From the NCBI RefSeq assembly GCF_009914755.1, contig NC_060934.1: 64,000 nt of DNA. The stretch is one strand, 5' to 3'. A model generated the notes under the pieces. The model was not told the origin of the DNA. It searched no databases and saw nothing but the letters and a program-made list of their open reading frames with translations. This document shows, piece by piece, positions 1-13,920 of the stretch. The position numbers and the translations under genes are program-made. How positions within the stretch are numbered: position 1 is the stretch's first letter; every line of letters begins with the position of its first letter. The stretch comes from the human T2T-CHM13v2.0 reference genome, Homo sapiens.

Positions 1-303
1 CCAATGCACTCTGAAATATCTGCAAAGAATGCAACTCTGCCTATGGCTTGAGGATTACAGGCTGTATTGCTTCCATTACAGCCACATTTTGAACAAATTA
101 AATCTTGATTGCACAAGAGGAAAGGCTTCCGAAAAACACAATCATGCAGTGTTTCAGGAAACATGGTAGGAAAACTCCCAAATGTTCCATGTCTGCATGC
201 AGAAGTAAAAATGAAAGGAGCTGGCTTTAGTCTTAAAGCCATGAGAACAACACCCCAGAGAGTTTGCTTGAGAAAATGCCGTCAAAGACTGTGAAGGACT
301 TAC

Positions 304-441
304 CTGTTCACTAACAATGTTTTCTCTGTAGTAGTTCAATATTGGTTTCACTTCCAGGCCTTCTTTAAAGGTGGATTCGTCCAAACTGTAATTCAAACTA
401 ATGTTGATTGGAGATAATTTATCTCGGAATTCAGTTTCATC
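304..441 (-). CDS. ITGA8: Integrin alpha-8 coding exon (exon 18): DETEFRDKLSPINISLNYSLDESTFKEGLEVKPILNYYRENIVSEQ
   Basis: 138 nt, tag|GAT acceptor and CAG|gtaag donor on the minus strand; phase 0-0; the peptide matches the ITGA8 thigh domain and contains the integrin FRDKLSPI motif. Confidence 0.97.
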
Positions 442-1695
442 CTAGGAAAAATAATCACAAACTCAACAGAGGCTCCATGAAATAGCTGCAAGATGTCAGT
501 CTGCAAAAGTCAGGCAACACTGGAATTTACTCAATGAAAGTGAATGATGAAACAATTATCTTTGCAGCAGGCTTAGATGGAGGCTGATTTATGTGGTATA
601 TAGTAGCCAGCATACCTAATATATGTGCAGTGATGAAATCATTTAGAGCTGCGGCTTCATTGAAATACGCTTCTGGAGCCAATCTTTGGGTTCTCCAGAC
701 CTTCAACAACTCACGCAGAACTGGTCAAGTTGCAAAGTAAAAGATTACACGTGTATATCATAAATGTCACAAAAAACATCATGAATTTGGATTTTTATTT
801 TCGTGAGGTTGCCAGAATTTATGAGTTCTCTCTTGGGGCTCAGAAGAAGAAAACATCTTGATTCTCTTCCTCTCATCATCTTTTTAAGCCCTTGCCTGCA
901 TGAACTTCAGAACACCTTCAGGATATTTGAAGTTCTTTTGGAAAAAGAAACAGAACTCCTTTAGTAGAGAGGGGTAAGCACCAAACAGCAAGCACTAAAC
1001 ACACGGTGGATATGTCACCCTTCAATTGTTTGCCAATCAAGGGTCAGGTATCCAACTTTTCATTCTTGAGTGTGATTGTGAACCTGTGATCTTCCCTAGG
1101 GTGGTCCTTGCTAACTAAGTCCCCTAATGGAAAAGAGAAATTGAGACAGTTATCACAACCTCACAACCGGCAAGGTGAAGATAGGTAATTGTGTTATAAA
1201 TATTTTTACTTTAAAATTTCGGTAGGTTTTGAAGTCATTGTAAAAAGACATTACTTTAAATAAGATAATTATAAGTTACTTCTAATAAAAGCTTTGAATG
1301 CCTAAATATTTTCCTGAATTGGCTCTGAAACATGCATTGATAAAATCTAACAAGACATACTCACATAGGAGAAAAATTCACATAAACTGTGTTGCACTTT
1401 TATGTATTTTGGGGAGGAGGTGGGTAGAAATGAAAACCATGTGAGCTGAATGCCATTATAAAGATTTTGATCAAAATGAAAAGAAGCCTTAGAAATTAAT
1501 AGCAACACATCATCAGGTTAGTTGAAGTCAGGGTCAAGAGGAGAGTATTTGACCCTAAAATAAAGTTTCCTGCTATGAAAATGAAAACAGACAGATGGGG
1601 GTCTATGCAGACAAACATGATGGTTAAATGGAGAAAAATGGTTGGAATTTGGATATGAAGGAGAGAGGCCAGAGAAGTCTTTCTGGAATACTTAC

Positions 1696-1850
1696 TCGAA
1701 GGTAAACGATGAAATCCTGGCACTGGTGGGATTTCTGCCTTTTTATCACAAGAGGGAAGACGCGATGAGCCTGATGGTTATCAAGGAAGAGCGTCCGTTT
1801 AATAGCTCCTTTCTGTTTCAGGGAATCTAATTGCACCTCTGCCATCAAGA
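1696..1850 (-). CDS. ITGA8: ITGA8 coding exon (exon 17): (V)LMAEVQLDSLKQKGAIKRTLFLDNHQAHRVFPLVIKRQKSHQCQDFIVYLR
   Basis: 155 nt, tag|TC ... CGA|gtaag; phase 1-0, joins its neighbours in frame. Confidence 0.97.
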
Positions 1851-2253
1851 CTAAAGGACAGAAGTAAAGTAGAGAAAAAGTATTCAGTGAACACAGTGCT
1901 CTATCAGAGAGATGAATTTCTATTTCAAGTTGCTTATTCAGGAAACAGTTCTTTTTCATAGTTGAGACCAAGCATGATAAATGAGCTGGAAAAATTGTAT
2001 AACATACTCTCCAAGCTAAAAATGTTTTATAATGGTTTTATAAAAGTTGTCATTTTCCCTACAATTATATGTTCTTATAAATAATAGTATTACCAAGTAT
2101 TGAAGTAATATTTATTAGAAGGTTCCATATATGCAACAGATATCTTGGTATTCCTCAAGGGTTCTTTCATTTTTTTATGGTCTGTGCAGAGAAATGGTTA
2201 CTGTTCAACTTTCTTAGTATACCATAAGAATGTAAAAATGAAAACATGCTTAC

Positions 2254-2309
2254 CTATTGTGTTTGCAATGCTCTGGCCTGTGACAGATGCACATACTCTT
2301 AAAGAAAAG
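2254..2309 (-). CDS. ITGA8: ITGA8 coding exon (exon 16): (C)FSLRVCASVTGQSIANTI(V)
   Basis: 56 nt, tag|C ... G|gtaag; phase 2-1; too short for the ORF track, translated by hand. Confidence 0.95.
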
Positions 2310-2421
2310 CTATAGAAAATAGTAGTAATTTATTGGTTAATAAAGTTTTGAATCTAAAGTAGAAGCCTTCCTTTACCTAATCCCAGATAACGAATATCAT
2401 TTTCTCTATATATTTCTAATT

Positions 2422-2453
2422 ACACACACACACACACACACCCACACACACAC
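2422..2453. repeat. Imperfect (CA)n microsatellite
   Basis: acacacac...cccacacacacac seen directly. Confidence 0.9.
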
Positions 2454-5392
2454 CCCTTCTACCAATTGATCTCAACACTAATACAATCAAGACAAGTGAC
2501 ATTATTATTACATGGAAGGTAATACTGGAAAATAGTACAGGAGGTTAACTGATTTAATCAGTTGCTCAATTAGTCAATTACTTGTTGCTTTTATTCAATG
2601 AAGACAGGTCAGTATCTTCCATGTGCCAGGGAGGGAAGAATTAGGCAGCAGAGCAAGAGGATAGCCAGAGGTAAAATCTGGAGGTGAGTAAGAATCTGGA
2701 CCCATTTGAGGAAACTGAAGAAATTCAGTGTAGTCGGGGCACTGAGCAAGATGGCAAAGTCGTAGGAGGCAAGGCTGGCTTGGTGGATCGGTGAGGAACA
2801 GGGCTTTGAAAGTCATGCTAAAAAATGCAGATTTAATCTTCAGAAGCATGGAGCACATGGTATGCTTAACTTAAAACACCCACTCTGCTTGGAAGGAGAT
2901 GAAATTTGGCAGAACCTTGCTACAGTTGGGGTAAGACTGGAGGTTGAGACGAGAAGAGGGAGGGGAGAAAGAGAAAACAGGAAGTTTAGCATGGCTGTCT
3001 CAAGCTAGGTGGGCACAATGATATAGGAATAAAGACAATCAAGAGAGGGCAGATGTCCATGAGAGACACTTTGGAGTTGTGCCTTGAACACACCATCACT
3101 ACCATTCAAGGCAATGTCTGCACTGGCTTATAGGATGATCTGCACTTGGCTTTGGTCTGTGGCTACAGATGGAATGAGAGACGACTGACTCCCTGGCTGC
3201 CTTTGTTGAATGAAAGTGCTCACCTCTCCCTGAAAAATTCCAAGCCCTAACAGCTATCACTAGAGATGGGGCCTTTTCACATTTCTAGGAAAGTGAAAAT
3301 ATAAGAAAATACTTAAGTATGGTTTAATGACAGTCATAAACTTTTACCAGTAAAATACTATAGTATGATGTGGATATTTCTACAGAATTCAAAGGGAGTA
3401 AATAATCCCCAATCATACTTTAATTATGTGTCAGCTTCCTGTGTCAAATATAATGAAAAAGTGTCACATCTGGGATTCATCTATCTGCTGTGACCTCAGT
3501 CAATGTCTCCCCTCAGGGTAAATAATTTGCCACATACCATTAAGCCAAAAGTTTCCTGAAATGTCTACGCTATTACAAGTGTTTATTCCGCTTCCCCAGA
3601 GAAATCACTGATTCCAACTTGCTTCTGCTTCAATTAGAATTATTCAAGAAAGATGAAGAGTTAATCACATCTTTCAATTTTGTAGTAAGCCTGGCTTTCA
3701 AAATTAGAATTTTTCTGTATCCAACCTTTTTGAAAGTATTTTGGTGTATGTTCAAATCAGCCAATGATCTTTTTTTCCATTCATCTTTAACTGTGTAGAC
3801 CAAAGCCATTAGCTTTTATAAAATAAATTCCTATTTGTAATGACATTATCAACATATATACATTAAAATCATTTTAGATACAGTATTTTTAATACAAACA
3901 ATTCAAAATAACTAATTTTTAAAAAGGAATAAAGTTATACAAATGAACATTTTTTTTCTTATGGGATGGTATATAGTTGATAAATGATGTTATCAGCTAA
4001 AGGGTTACTATTTATTTATGAATTACCTGTCAGTATAAATCTCTATTTCTTTCTTAGCTCACTCTTTCTGTTTTCTGAATATCATTACCAAATGGATGAC
4101 TTTAACTTTTTTTTCATACAAGTGTAATATCACTGCTACAATGTACTGAATTCTCAATAATAGCACTCCAACCTAAACCTGCCAGTTCATAGATTACTTT
4201 AGTGGAAAAGAGTCTGTGAAGTCATAATTTTTCAAACTCTGTGTTATGATCTAAAGAAAATTTCAAGATTTTATAGTAGTGGGCTGATGTGTTCATTCTG
4301 AATTTAGGAAAACATACTATATTATATATAAGCACACATACATCACAGGTCATATGGAGCATAGAATTAGGATCACTTGCAGGCCCACAGCTAATTACAA
4401 AGTATACTTGGGTCATTAGGGAAAGCTGTAAACTTTCATTAAATTAGAATTAAAATTTCAAACTAGAAATATTGGTCATTTTCAGTATGGCCCATTAGTC
4501 TAAATAGGTCTGATTGGAACAAAAAACCCATCAAATCAATCCAAGTCCCTTATTACATAAATTCTAAATTAAACTGTTTGTGGACAGTGCTTTTGATATG
4601 GCCAGAAGGCAGGGTGATACACTACATGATCTTCTGAGGCTAGTCCCAACCCAAGCACGGTTGGAATAATGATTCTGCGTTGTGACTGTGCTCACAGCTG
4701 TCTATGATGAAGAGAAAATGAGATAAATGTGAAACACGATTTAAAAGTACAAAGCAATTCATTTTACATTCTCATCAGTTTTCACTCCTATTTCAGTGAT
4801 AGCAAATAGCAGGTTTCACACAGTCACTCACATCTGACAAGTTTTTTTAATCAGGTTGGACAACTGGGTCGTTACTCACTTTTACATTTCTAAAATGAAG
4901 TATTTCGCTAGTTTTTCTTTTTGTAATTGGTTAGTCACCAGTTATATTAATATTTATTGAGCTGGCTTTTTTCCCCCTTTTTCTAACTTAGAAATACCAA
5001 TTAAAGATAGATACTTTATAAAACTACACCGCTGTTTGAAAGACACAGAAATCCACATCGATGGAAGTGAAGAACTATTTGCCAAGTAGAGTTTATGTGA
5101 TAGTTTTCAGATGTATGATATAAAGTTATATCAAATACAGACACAAATAACAGCAGAGAAAATCAACGGAGACCTTTCAATCATTTTGGAAAAACTAAGC
5201 TAAGTTCCTAAAATAAAGAAAAAAGAGAATCAAAGAAACACATTCTAGACTGAACCAGCTGTTAACTTTCTGTCTTCTGAGGCTCTGAGGCACCATTCAC
5301 AAATTTTGCATGTGAAAATAAGACTTCTTCCAGAAAAATGTATGCAATAGAAACAAATATAATTGTAAAGGGATATACATTTGTCCACATAA

Positions 5393-5793
<401 letters not shown>

Positions 5794-6892
5794 CCAAACA
5801 GAACTCTTAATCTGGTTAAAAAAAAACAAAAAAACCACACACTTCAGTCTTATACAAATATGCATTAAACTAAAAACCCTTAGAATCAATTATCTAGTTC
5901 AAAACAACAACATTCTATATCAGAGTGTACCACATGTGCTTAAAGGAATTCAGCCTAGAAGTCCATTCTGTTATGAAGGTGTGAACATGAGCCTATTTGG
6001 GGGAAATACTGAAGTTTTAATACTCATGAACAAGTAGCAACTCTCACAGTTCATTGTTCATTTAATCATGCATGGGTAAGGATAAACGCTGGCTCTCTGA
6101 CATATTTTCTCAGATCAGGTTTTCATTATACTATTTTATGGTTTTAACCAAATGTGCCCAGGGCATTTTCCAACTCTTTTCAAGAGCAGTTAAAGAAGAG
6201 GATGCTCTCCCGCCACACTCCCCAGCTCCCAGCAATAGGATGTTTTTCAAAGAATTCTTCAGGGTCCTCTAAGTCCCCACCCTCCACCCTCAAAAGCTTT
6301 GACTCCAGTATGAACTCCTGTCAAAAGGCCATCAACAACATGTTAAAATTGGCTGGAAATAACTTCTCTGGGTCAAGAGTGGTTAGTTCTGCAATTCTGA
6401 CATTCTCAGAAACCAAAAATACTGTCTGAGTTAGACCACGTCTCCTGAAAAATAAGGGCAAAATATTAAACACCCCAAGGATTTGTTGATCTTTCAGAGG
6501 GTATACCCTGAAGGTATTAACCAACATAGTGACTTCTAACTCTTGAGGACCTACATATTGGGAAACAGTGGTATTTTCTTGAACTGTGTTATAGTCAAGT
6601 TCCATCTTGTACTCCCTCCAGATGGCTGACAAAATTCAGAAGGAACACTTTCAGGAGTCATATCAGCCAGCTTCTGAAAGTACAAGCAAAGCCTCCATCA
6701 TCCAGCAAAAGGAATAATTCAATCGCTATTCTTAATGACAGACAAAAAAATACAGCTTATGGCACAAAAATCTTGTATAATGTGTTCCTTCTGTCTAGCT
6801 GTGCATGCTAAGTTACAAAACTGGTATCTGTTGTCAGCATAGAAAACCCAGTAAATTAACCCAGTAAATTGACTAGTTAGAAATGGGACATC

Positions 6893-7203
6893 GGCTGGGC
6901 ACGGTGGCCCACGCCTGTAATCCCAGGACTTTGGGAGGCCAAGGCAGGTGGATCACCTGAGGTCAGGAGTTCGAGACCAGCCTGACTAACATAGTGAAAC
7001 CCTGTCTCTACTAAAAATACAAAAATTAGCTGGGAATGATGGTGGGTGCCTGTAATTCCAGCTACTCAGGAGGCTGAGACACGAGAATCACTTGGACCTG
7101 GGAGGTGGAGGTTGCAGTGAGCCAAGATTGTGCCACTGCCCTCCAGCCTGGGTGACAAAGCAAGACTCCATCTCAATAAATAAATAAAAAATAAATAAAT
7201 AAA
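6893..7203 (+). mobile_element. AluS
   Basis: Full dimer with (AATA)n tail; TSD aaat(g/a)ggacat. Confidence 0.92.
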
Positions 7204-7479
7204 TAGGACATTATATGTGCTTGAAAAGCAGTATCTATAAGCATATGCCAAAATGTAAGAGTCTAGGTATTTTGTTATATTTTTACCTTGGTTAGTGTTT
7301 ATTTTAGTACACCAAGAATCTAAGAGCTATCTCCAAGATTTGTTTGACTGGGAATTTCCCCAAATGTTTTTATACTTCTCATCTCACCTAGAGCCTGTAG
7401 ATTAGAGAAGTAGCCTTTGAATGGTAAGTCGATAGCCAAAGATCAGCATCATATCATAGGTTCTCTTGAAAGACTAACT

Positions 7480-7645
7480 CCTTGCTACTCAAACTTCGGC
7501 CACAGACCAGCAGCAGCAGCATCTCTTGAAGCTTTTTTCGAGAAATGCAAAATCTAGGCCCTACCCCAGACTTACTGAATCCAAATCTGTATTTTTCACA
7601 AGATACCCAGGTGATGTGAATTCACATTGGAGTTTGAGAAGCACC
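7480..7645. mobile_element. MER5A-like hAT-Charlie MITE
   Basis: Typical motifs cagcagcatc, ccccagacttactgaatc, ccaggtgat, agtttgagaagcac. Confidence 0.7.
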
Positions 7646-7657
7646 GGACTAACTCAC

Positions 7658-7765
7658 CAGGCAGCAGATGTCATAGAGTCTGGAACCTGGCAAGTTTTAT
7701 TTTCAAGATTGATAATCATTGGGTGCAGCAGAAGCTGGGCATCTACAGTCACAACCGGTCTTGCT
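7658..7765 (-). CDS. ITGA8: ITGA8 coding exon (exon 15): (R)ARPVVTVDAQLLLHPMIINLENKTCQVPDSMTSAA(C)
   Basis: 108 nt, cag|A ... TG|gtgag; phase 2-2; RARPV marks the propeller/thigh junction. Confidence 0.96.
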
Positions 7766-8154
7766 CTGCGGGGAGAAAATGCAGGGTTTGTTTAAATAAA
7801 ACACAAGGGTGATAGGCAGGCAGAAGCCCACTTCACTGCATACTGAACTCAGTAGTAGACAGAATACTCCACAGGCCATTGCCAACGTTCTCAGCATTTG
7901 TGCCAAGAATTTTGCTCACTGCATGAACAGCTGGGTATCACACTCAACTAATTACCTCAAAACACATCTGGAAGCACACAAATACAAATAAAGAGTGCTG
8001 TGGGTCTGTCAAGCAAAGTTGCGTACACAACCTAATTTCATTATGAAGTGGGCCTCCGGTATTATGGCAATATTGCTGTGAAATATTGCTCTGCCACCTG
8101 CTAGCATATCTACATCTGTATCTGATGAAATACATCATCTTACAGCCATTCGTA

Positions 8155-8245
8155 TTTGTGAGTACTTGAAGTTTGCAACTTTTCATTGATAATTTTAATT
8201 TTGTGAGTACTTGAAGTTTGCAAATTATCATTGATAATTTTTAAA
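8155..8245. repeat. 45-bp tandem duplication
   Basis: tttgtgagtacttgaagtttgcaa(c/a)tt(t/a)tcattgataatttt occurs twice, starting at 8155 and 8200. Confidence 0.9.
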
Positions 8246-8334
8246 TTTCTGTTGATAGTTTTCAAGCTGAGATTTGCAAATTTAGCTAAATACACGAAGC
8301 AGGGTTTGCAGAATAATTCTGTACATCAGCCAGA

Positions 8335-8515
8335 GAAGTGGTTCTCAATCCTGACTGCACAATGTAATCACCTAAAGAGCTTTAAAACAAATTCTATGCC
8401 CAGGCCCTGCCACACCAACTGAACCAGAACTTATGGGGTAAGGATCAGACATTGGAATTTTAAACAAACTCTCCAGGTGATTATAATATGTAGCCAAATT
8501 TGAGGAGAGAGACTG
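8335..8515. mobile_element. MER5A-like hAT-Charlie MITE
   Basis: agtggttctcaa ... aatcacct ... ctccaggtgatt MER5 motifs. Confidence 0.6.
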
Positions 8516-9488
8516 ACAGAGTGTAAGTAAACTCAATTGCAGCCACCCAGATGAGGATAACAAAACAAAAAAGTATTAATAAATCATGGGGGAAGGGAAT
8601 AGAGCAGATTTTAAAGCTTGGTTCCAAGATATGATCGTTGGAAGCCAAAGTCCTCAAATGACAGGGAGAAATAAAGCCATGTTGGATAAGTTTCCCCCCA
8701 ACAAGAAGAAGGGCTGTGTCTTGGGGCTGAATGGGTTTACAGCACTGCTTTAAACAATAAGCAGTGGGCCTGATGGGATTCCTCCTAAGTTCCTTCAAGC
8801 CACTTCTCTGTATTTTGTTACATAATTTTGCTTTCAATACCGTGTTAGTTCCACTCCTTGGAAAAGCAGGTGATAAAACGGAACTAGATATGCAAGAGAT
8901 ATACTGGGATCAAACACTTATGAGGAAAAGTGGGGAGATGGAGGGGGCTGGGAGTTCTGATCCCTGGAAGGATCAAGGGAAGGACAGAGGACTGGGTAAG
9001 AAAGTTCTGGCCTGGGCAATGGAGAGTCCTTGAGCCAAATTTGCCCGTGAGAGGAGTTCCATGTCTTGCAAAAACAGGCCTGCATTTGTGTTCTTGTTGT
9101 GTCCGCTAATTGGCTGGGAGCAGCTCATGGAAAACAAGGCCTTGGCATGAAAGTGGCGGATTGGAAGCGGAGCAGCTGAGCCCTGTGCCCATTCTGCTCC
9201 AGCAGCTCTGAGTGGTGCACTCCACAGCCACCGCAAACGCAAGCCCCATACTTCAGACACCTTGAGGGTTTTGACTGTCTGATTCTCTAGAACCTTAAGT
9301 GGGATATGGCTGGTACAAGTCAACCCTCTCTGAGTTTGTCTTGGGACTGACGAAGAAGAAAATCTTACCTATTTGAGGAAACTTAACCTTAGAATATCTC
9401 TGGAAGCCGATTAGGTTAGCACTATGCACCTAGTACACCCAGGTATGCCCTTGGCCTTTTGTCTTGATATCCTGACCTAGTGTCTTGA

Positions 9489-9811
<323 letters not shown>

Positions 9812-10511
9812 ATAAAACTTTTTTTTTTAAAAGAAGCTAAAGTTGAGCACCACCTCTCTCCCAGTTACTATTCTGTGTACACCACACGCATATTCTCACT
9901 GAATGCTTTGAACAAAGGTAACGTTATAAATGTTGTTTTTATCCTTCTTTTACAGATCAGAAATCTGAAACTCTGAAAGTGATAAGAACTTGCCCAAGAT
10001 TACAAATAAGTCAGTGTATGGAATGTCCAGGCTTGGAATCCATAGCTGTTGTATTTGAACTGTTTTCAATACTTGCCTTTGGAGGCTACCAACTCTTGGA
10101 ATGTTCTATTCCCTAACTTAGTGTCCAGTTTGATTATAGAAGCCAGGATAAATAGTAACATTCTTCTACCCTGCACCGCTTCTTTACAAGTGAACATTTC
10201 AATGCATTTCCAAAGCAAAGAGAATAAATCAAATTCAGTAACGTCTAAAAAGTGGGTCATTTTATAAGATCTGCTTCATTTCATATCTTATTTAACGTTA
10301 TGTTCATAAAATCTGGAAGTTTGGTCATGCAGTATGAGAGTAAAAATGCAAAGGAAAGAAAGAGTGAGAGCAAAAAATACCTCTAGACTTTAAAAAGAGC
10401 ATCTAAATATTCCCCAGAATAAATCGTTGGAATGCTCTCTTTAAGGCAGAACTAACAAGAAAATGTATTTGAAACAATGAGAAAAACATTTGAATACTAC
10501 CAACCACATAC

Positions 10512-10557
10512 CTGTAAACAGCGACTTTTCCTGTTCCAAATGCACCCACAATCAAAT
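10512..10557 (-). CDS. ITGA8: ITGA8 coding exon (exon 14): (D)LIVGAFGTGKVAVY(R)
   Basis: 46 nt, aag|AT ... AG|gtatg; phase 1-2; last FG-GAP blade motif DLIVGAFG. Confidence 0.95.
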
Positions 10558-11396
10558 CTTAAAAAGACAAAAACACAGAACACATGCGTGAATCGTATAG
10601 AAACAATTTACTAAGTTCAAAATCGTAAGTAGCACATAGAATACCCCTACATGCTGATGGTACGAGAGCCACAAAATTAGAAGAGAAATCACACCTTTCT
10701 TAAGGCATTTTGGAAAGGATGTTGGAGCTTCACTATAACCACTTAATAAAACGTCCATCAGTGGATCTCAAAGCCTTCTGTGCTTAGGAAGGTCAATTTC
10801 TAGAAACTCATCATCGCATCACTTTTCCTATCCTTCAGGTTCAAGGCATATACACCCAGGGAAGGAAAAGGGGAAAGTCAGCTGCTTAGTGTCTGCTAGG
10901 TACCAGGCTCATTACACATTTCGTGTTATCACTCTCACCAGTGAATACCCTATGAGGAAGGGTATTAACCCAGAAGTGGAACGTTCTGATTGTCATTTTG
11001 ACACAACCATTTGCTCTTTACAAATAGTATGGGTGGTGAGTATACTTTTGGCAAAGCAATCAGTAGTATATAAAATAACTAACATATTATAATGATCTGA
11101 AATGACAACAGCAATCCTAATAAATAGCACATGGAACAGCACTATATGCCAGGAGTCCTTTTAAAGGATTTCCTTTGAATGATTCCTAACAAGAAGGTAG
11201 GAGGTCTTTATTATTAGCACAATTTTGCAAATGAGTCAATTGAGACTTAAGAAGGCTAAACTGTAAATTTCCTAACATTCACACAAGTAGGTAAGTGGTG
11301 GAACTGGTTGACTGCAGTGGAGCAATCCTGGACTAGGTAAGGGGGAATGGTCACAATTATTTAGGTGATTGGCTAACATAGAGGTCAAACTGTCTG

Positions 11397-11696
11397 TTTT
11401 TTTTTTTTTCTTTTTTGACAGAGTCTCGCTCCATCGCCTAGGCTGGAGTGCCGTGGTGCAATCTCGGCTCACTGAAACCTCCATCTTCAGGGTTCAAGTG
11501 ATTCTCCTGCCTCAGCCTCCCAAGTAGCTGGGACTACAGGCACCTGTCACAACGCCTGGCTGATTTTTTGTATTTTTTGGTAGAGACGGGGTTTCACTGT
11601 GTTAACCAGGATGGTGTCGATCTCCTGACCTCATGATCCACCCGCCTCGGCCTCCCAAAGTGCTGGGATTACAGGCATGAGCCACTGCACCTGGCG
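11397..11696 (-). mobile_element. AluSc-like
   Basis: Reverse-complement Alu dimer with poly-T. Confidence 0.9.
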
Positions 11697-11810
11697 GGCT
11701 TTTCTTAATCTCATTTACAGTGGCTGTCCCTAGTAGAAGCAATCAAACACAAATAAAAATGACAATGGCTAAATCTGCAGAGTAAAATTTAGATGTTAAG
11801 AAAACTGGAC

Positions 11811-12241
11811 CTCCATGGAACCAACCTAAGTGTCCATCAACAGTGGATTGGATAAAGAACATGTCGTATATAAACACCATGGAATATTATGTAGCCATAA
11901 AAATGAATGAAATCATGTCTTTTGCAGCAACATGGATGGAACTAGATGCCATTATCCTAAGTGAACTCAGAAACAGAAAATCAAATATTGCATGTTCTCA
12001 CTTATAAGTGGGAGCTAAAACAATGAGTACACATAGATGTAAAGATGGTAATGATAGCCACTGGGGACTCCAAAATTGGGGAAGGAGGGAGGGAGATAAA
12101 GGTTGAAGAATTACTCACGGAGTCCAGTGTTCAATATCTGAGTGATGAGTATGCTAGAAGCCTAAACCCCTTTATGCAATATACTCATGTGACAAACATA
12201 CACACGTATCCCCTGAATCTAAAATAAATTTAAAAAAGAAA
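11811..12241 (+). mobile_element. 5'-truncated older primate L1 (ORF2 end plus 3'UTR; L1PB/late L1PA type)
   Basis: L1 motifs caacatggatggaact and gttctcacttataagtgggagcta; A-rich tail; perfect 13-bp TSD aagaaaactggac at 11798-11810 and 12242-12254. Confidence 0.88.
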
Positions 12242-12481
12242 AAGAAAACTGGACTTGGTAGAAATAAGGGCCACAGAAGAAGACTTACAACAGTTGAAAC
12301 TATAATTGGTTAATTCTAGCACAACGCGAATGAAAATAGAAAAACAAAAAACAAAGGTGGAGGGAGGTCCTATTTGGCCACTCCATATGGAAAACTAAGT
12401 CAGGAATTAAATTGGTGTAATAGAATTTGTAAAGAAAAATGATTTACAGCCATATTCCCTTTGGCACTCACCTTTTGCACA

Positions 12482-12925
12482 TGTGATGTTGAGTGTCAAC
12501 TTGATCAGACTGAAGGATGCAAAGTATTGTTCATGGGTGTGTCTGTGAGGGTGTTGCCAAAGGAGATTAACATTTGGGTCAGTGGACTGGGAAAGGCCGA
12601 CCCACCCTGAATCTGGTGGGCACCATCTGATCACCTGTCAGCACGGCCAAAATAAAAGCAGGCAGAGGAACGACAAAAGACTAGATTGGTTCAGTCTTTT
12701 GGACTCCATCTTTCTCCCATGCTGGATGCTTCCTGCCCTCGAAAATCAGACTCCAAGTTCTTCAGCTTTGGGACTCGGACTGGCTTCCTAGCTCCTCAGC
12801 TTGCAGACAGCCTATTGTGGGACCTCACCTTGTCATCGTGTGAGTCAATACTCCTTAATAAATTCCCCTTTATATGTTCAGCAATCCTATTAGTTCTGTC
12901 CCTCTAGAGAACCCTGACTGATACA
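12482..12925 (+). mobile_element. MLT2A-type (ERVL) solo LTR
   Basis: tgtgatg...gagtgtcaacttga...gggtgtgtctgtgagggtgttgccaaaggagattaacattt; AATAAA; ends gagaaccctgactgataca. Confidence 0.85.
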
Positions 12926-13910
12926 CTGTACATGTGAACAGAGAGAGACTGCAGATGATTCTCCCCTTGAGGGCTTAGTGTCCCTGAGAATGGCTTTTAG
13001 TCAGTTACAGGTAGGAATTAGAAAGTGAGTGGCCCAGCTTCCTTATCAGTCAAGTGGGATAGCTGAGGTTTGTTCTTTGACTTTGCTTTCCTCAGCCAGG
13101 TGGGGCCCTGATTGCCCGTAGTGGCAACTGGCTTGATGATGATCTTTATTGCATTCTTCTTTTCCATGTCTCTCTTCTCTACCTTTACCAGTATTTCTCA
13201 GGATTTCTTAAATGCACTGCTTGTTTTCTCATCTTTGTCTTAATGCCTGCTCTGGGACAACCCAACCTAAGACACAATAATACTTGTTAAAATTTAAAAA
13301 AAAATGATCTGAAAGTTCTCCAGGTCAAAACCACTGTCAGATGTCTTAGGTTTTATGGACACAGAATCAGATTCAGTTATTAGACTTGGAACTTGACTCC
13401 AGAGCTCCATATTTAAAAACATGTGCATGCTGATGTTCAAATAAGTCGAACAGACGTCATCTAAAGAGCTCCATATTCATGGCATTAAAGAACACATTAA
13501 GCAAAGGGCTACACCTTGGCCACCTAGGACTCATGGAATAAAACATTCTTTTGTAAGGGTTTAAATCTCTGAAGCCAGATGCCGAAGTTTCTAAGTTTAC
13601 CAGTTTTTAAAATTATAATGATAAATTCTATCAGAATTTCAATTTTTCAACTATGTTTACATGTATTCTTTCTGTTACATTGTCTCTTCTAACAGATTGG
13701 TACTTTTTTTTTCTAAATCAGAGAAAAAAAGAGCTACCGATTTGAAGAAACATGAGCTCTGTTCTTCCTGTGTAATTACAAACTCCAATATTTAGACAAG
13801 TGTAACACAGGTGGCCCTGGCCTGAATCCATATCTGTTGACATGACACCAGATAGGAGAGCTCTGTTATGAAAACTGATTCACGATGAATTATGTGCTTT
13901 GTTCTTGGCC

Positions 13911-13920
13911 CCAAATAAGG
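13911..13920. promoter_or_regulatory. Consensus CArG box CCAAATAAGG (candidate SRF site)
   Basis: Exact CC(A/T)6GG match in non-repeat intronic sequence; function unproven. Confidence 0.35.

Noticed and set aside
6072-6632. Overlapping 66-103 aa ORFs in non-repeat intronic DNA as a nested gene or processed pseudogene
   Set aside because: No recognisable domain, poly-A or TSD; lengths are within chance expectation
12070-12079. CArG match CCAAAATTGG
   Set aside because: Inside an L1 3'UTR fragment with no supporting context; expected by chance
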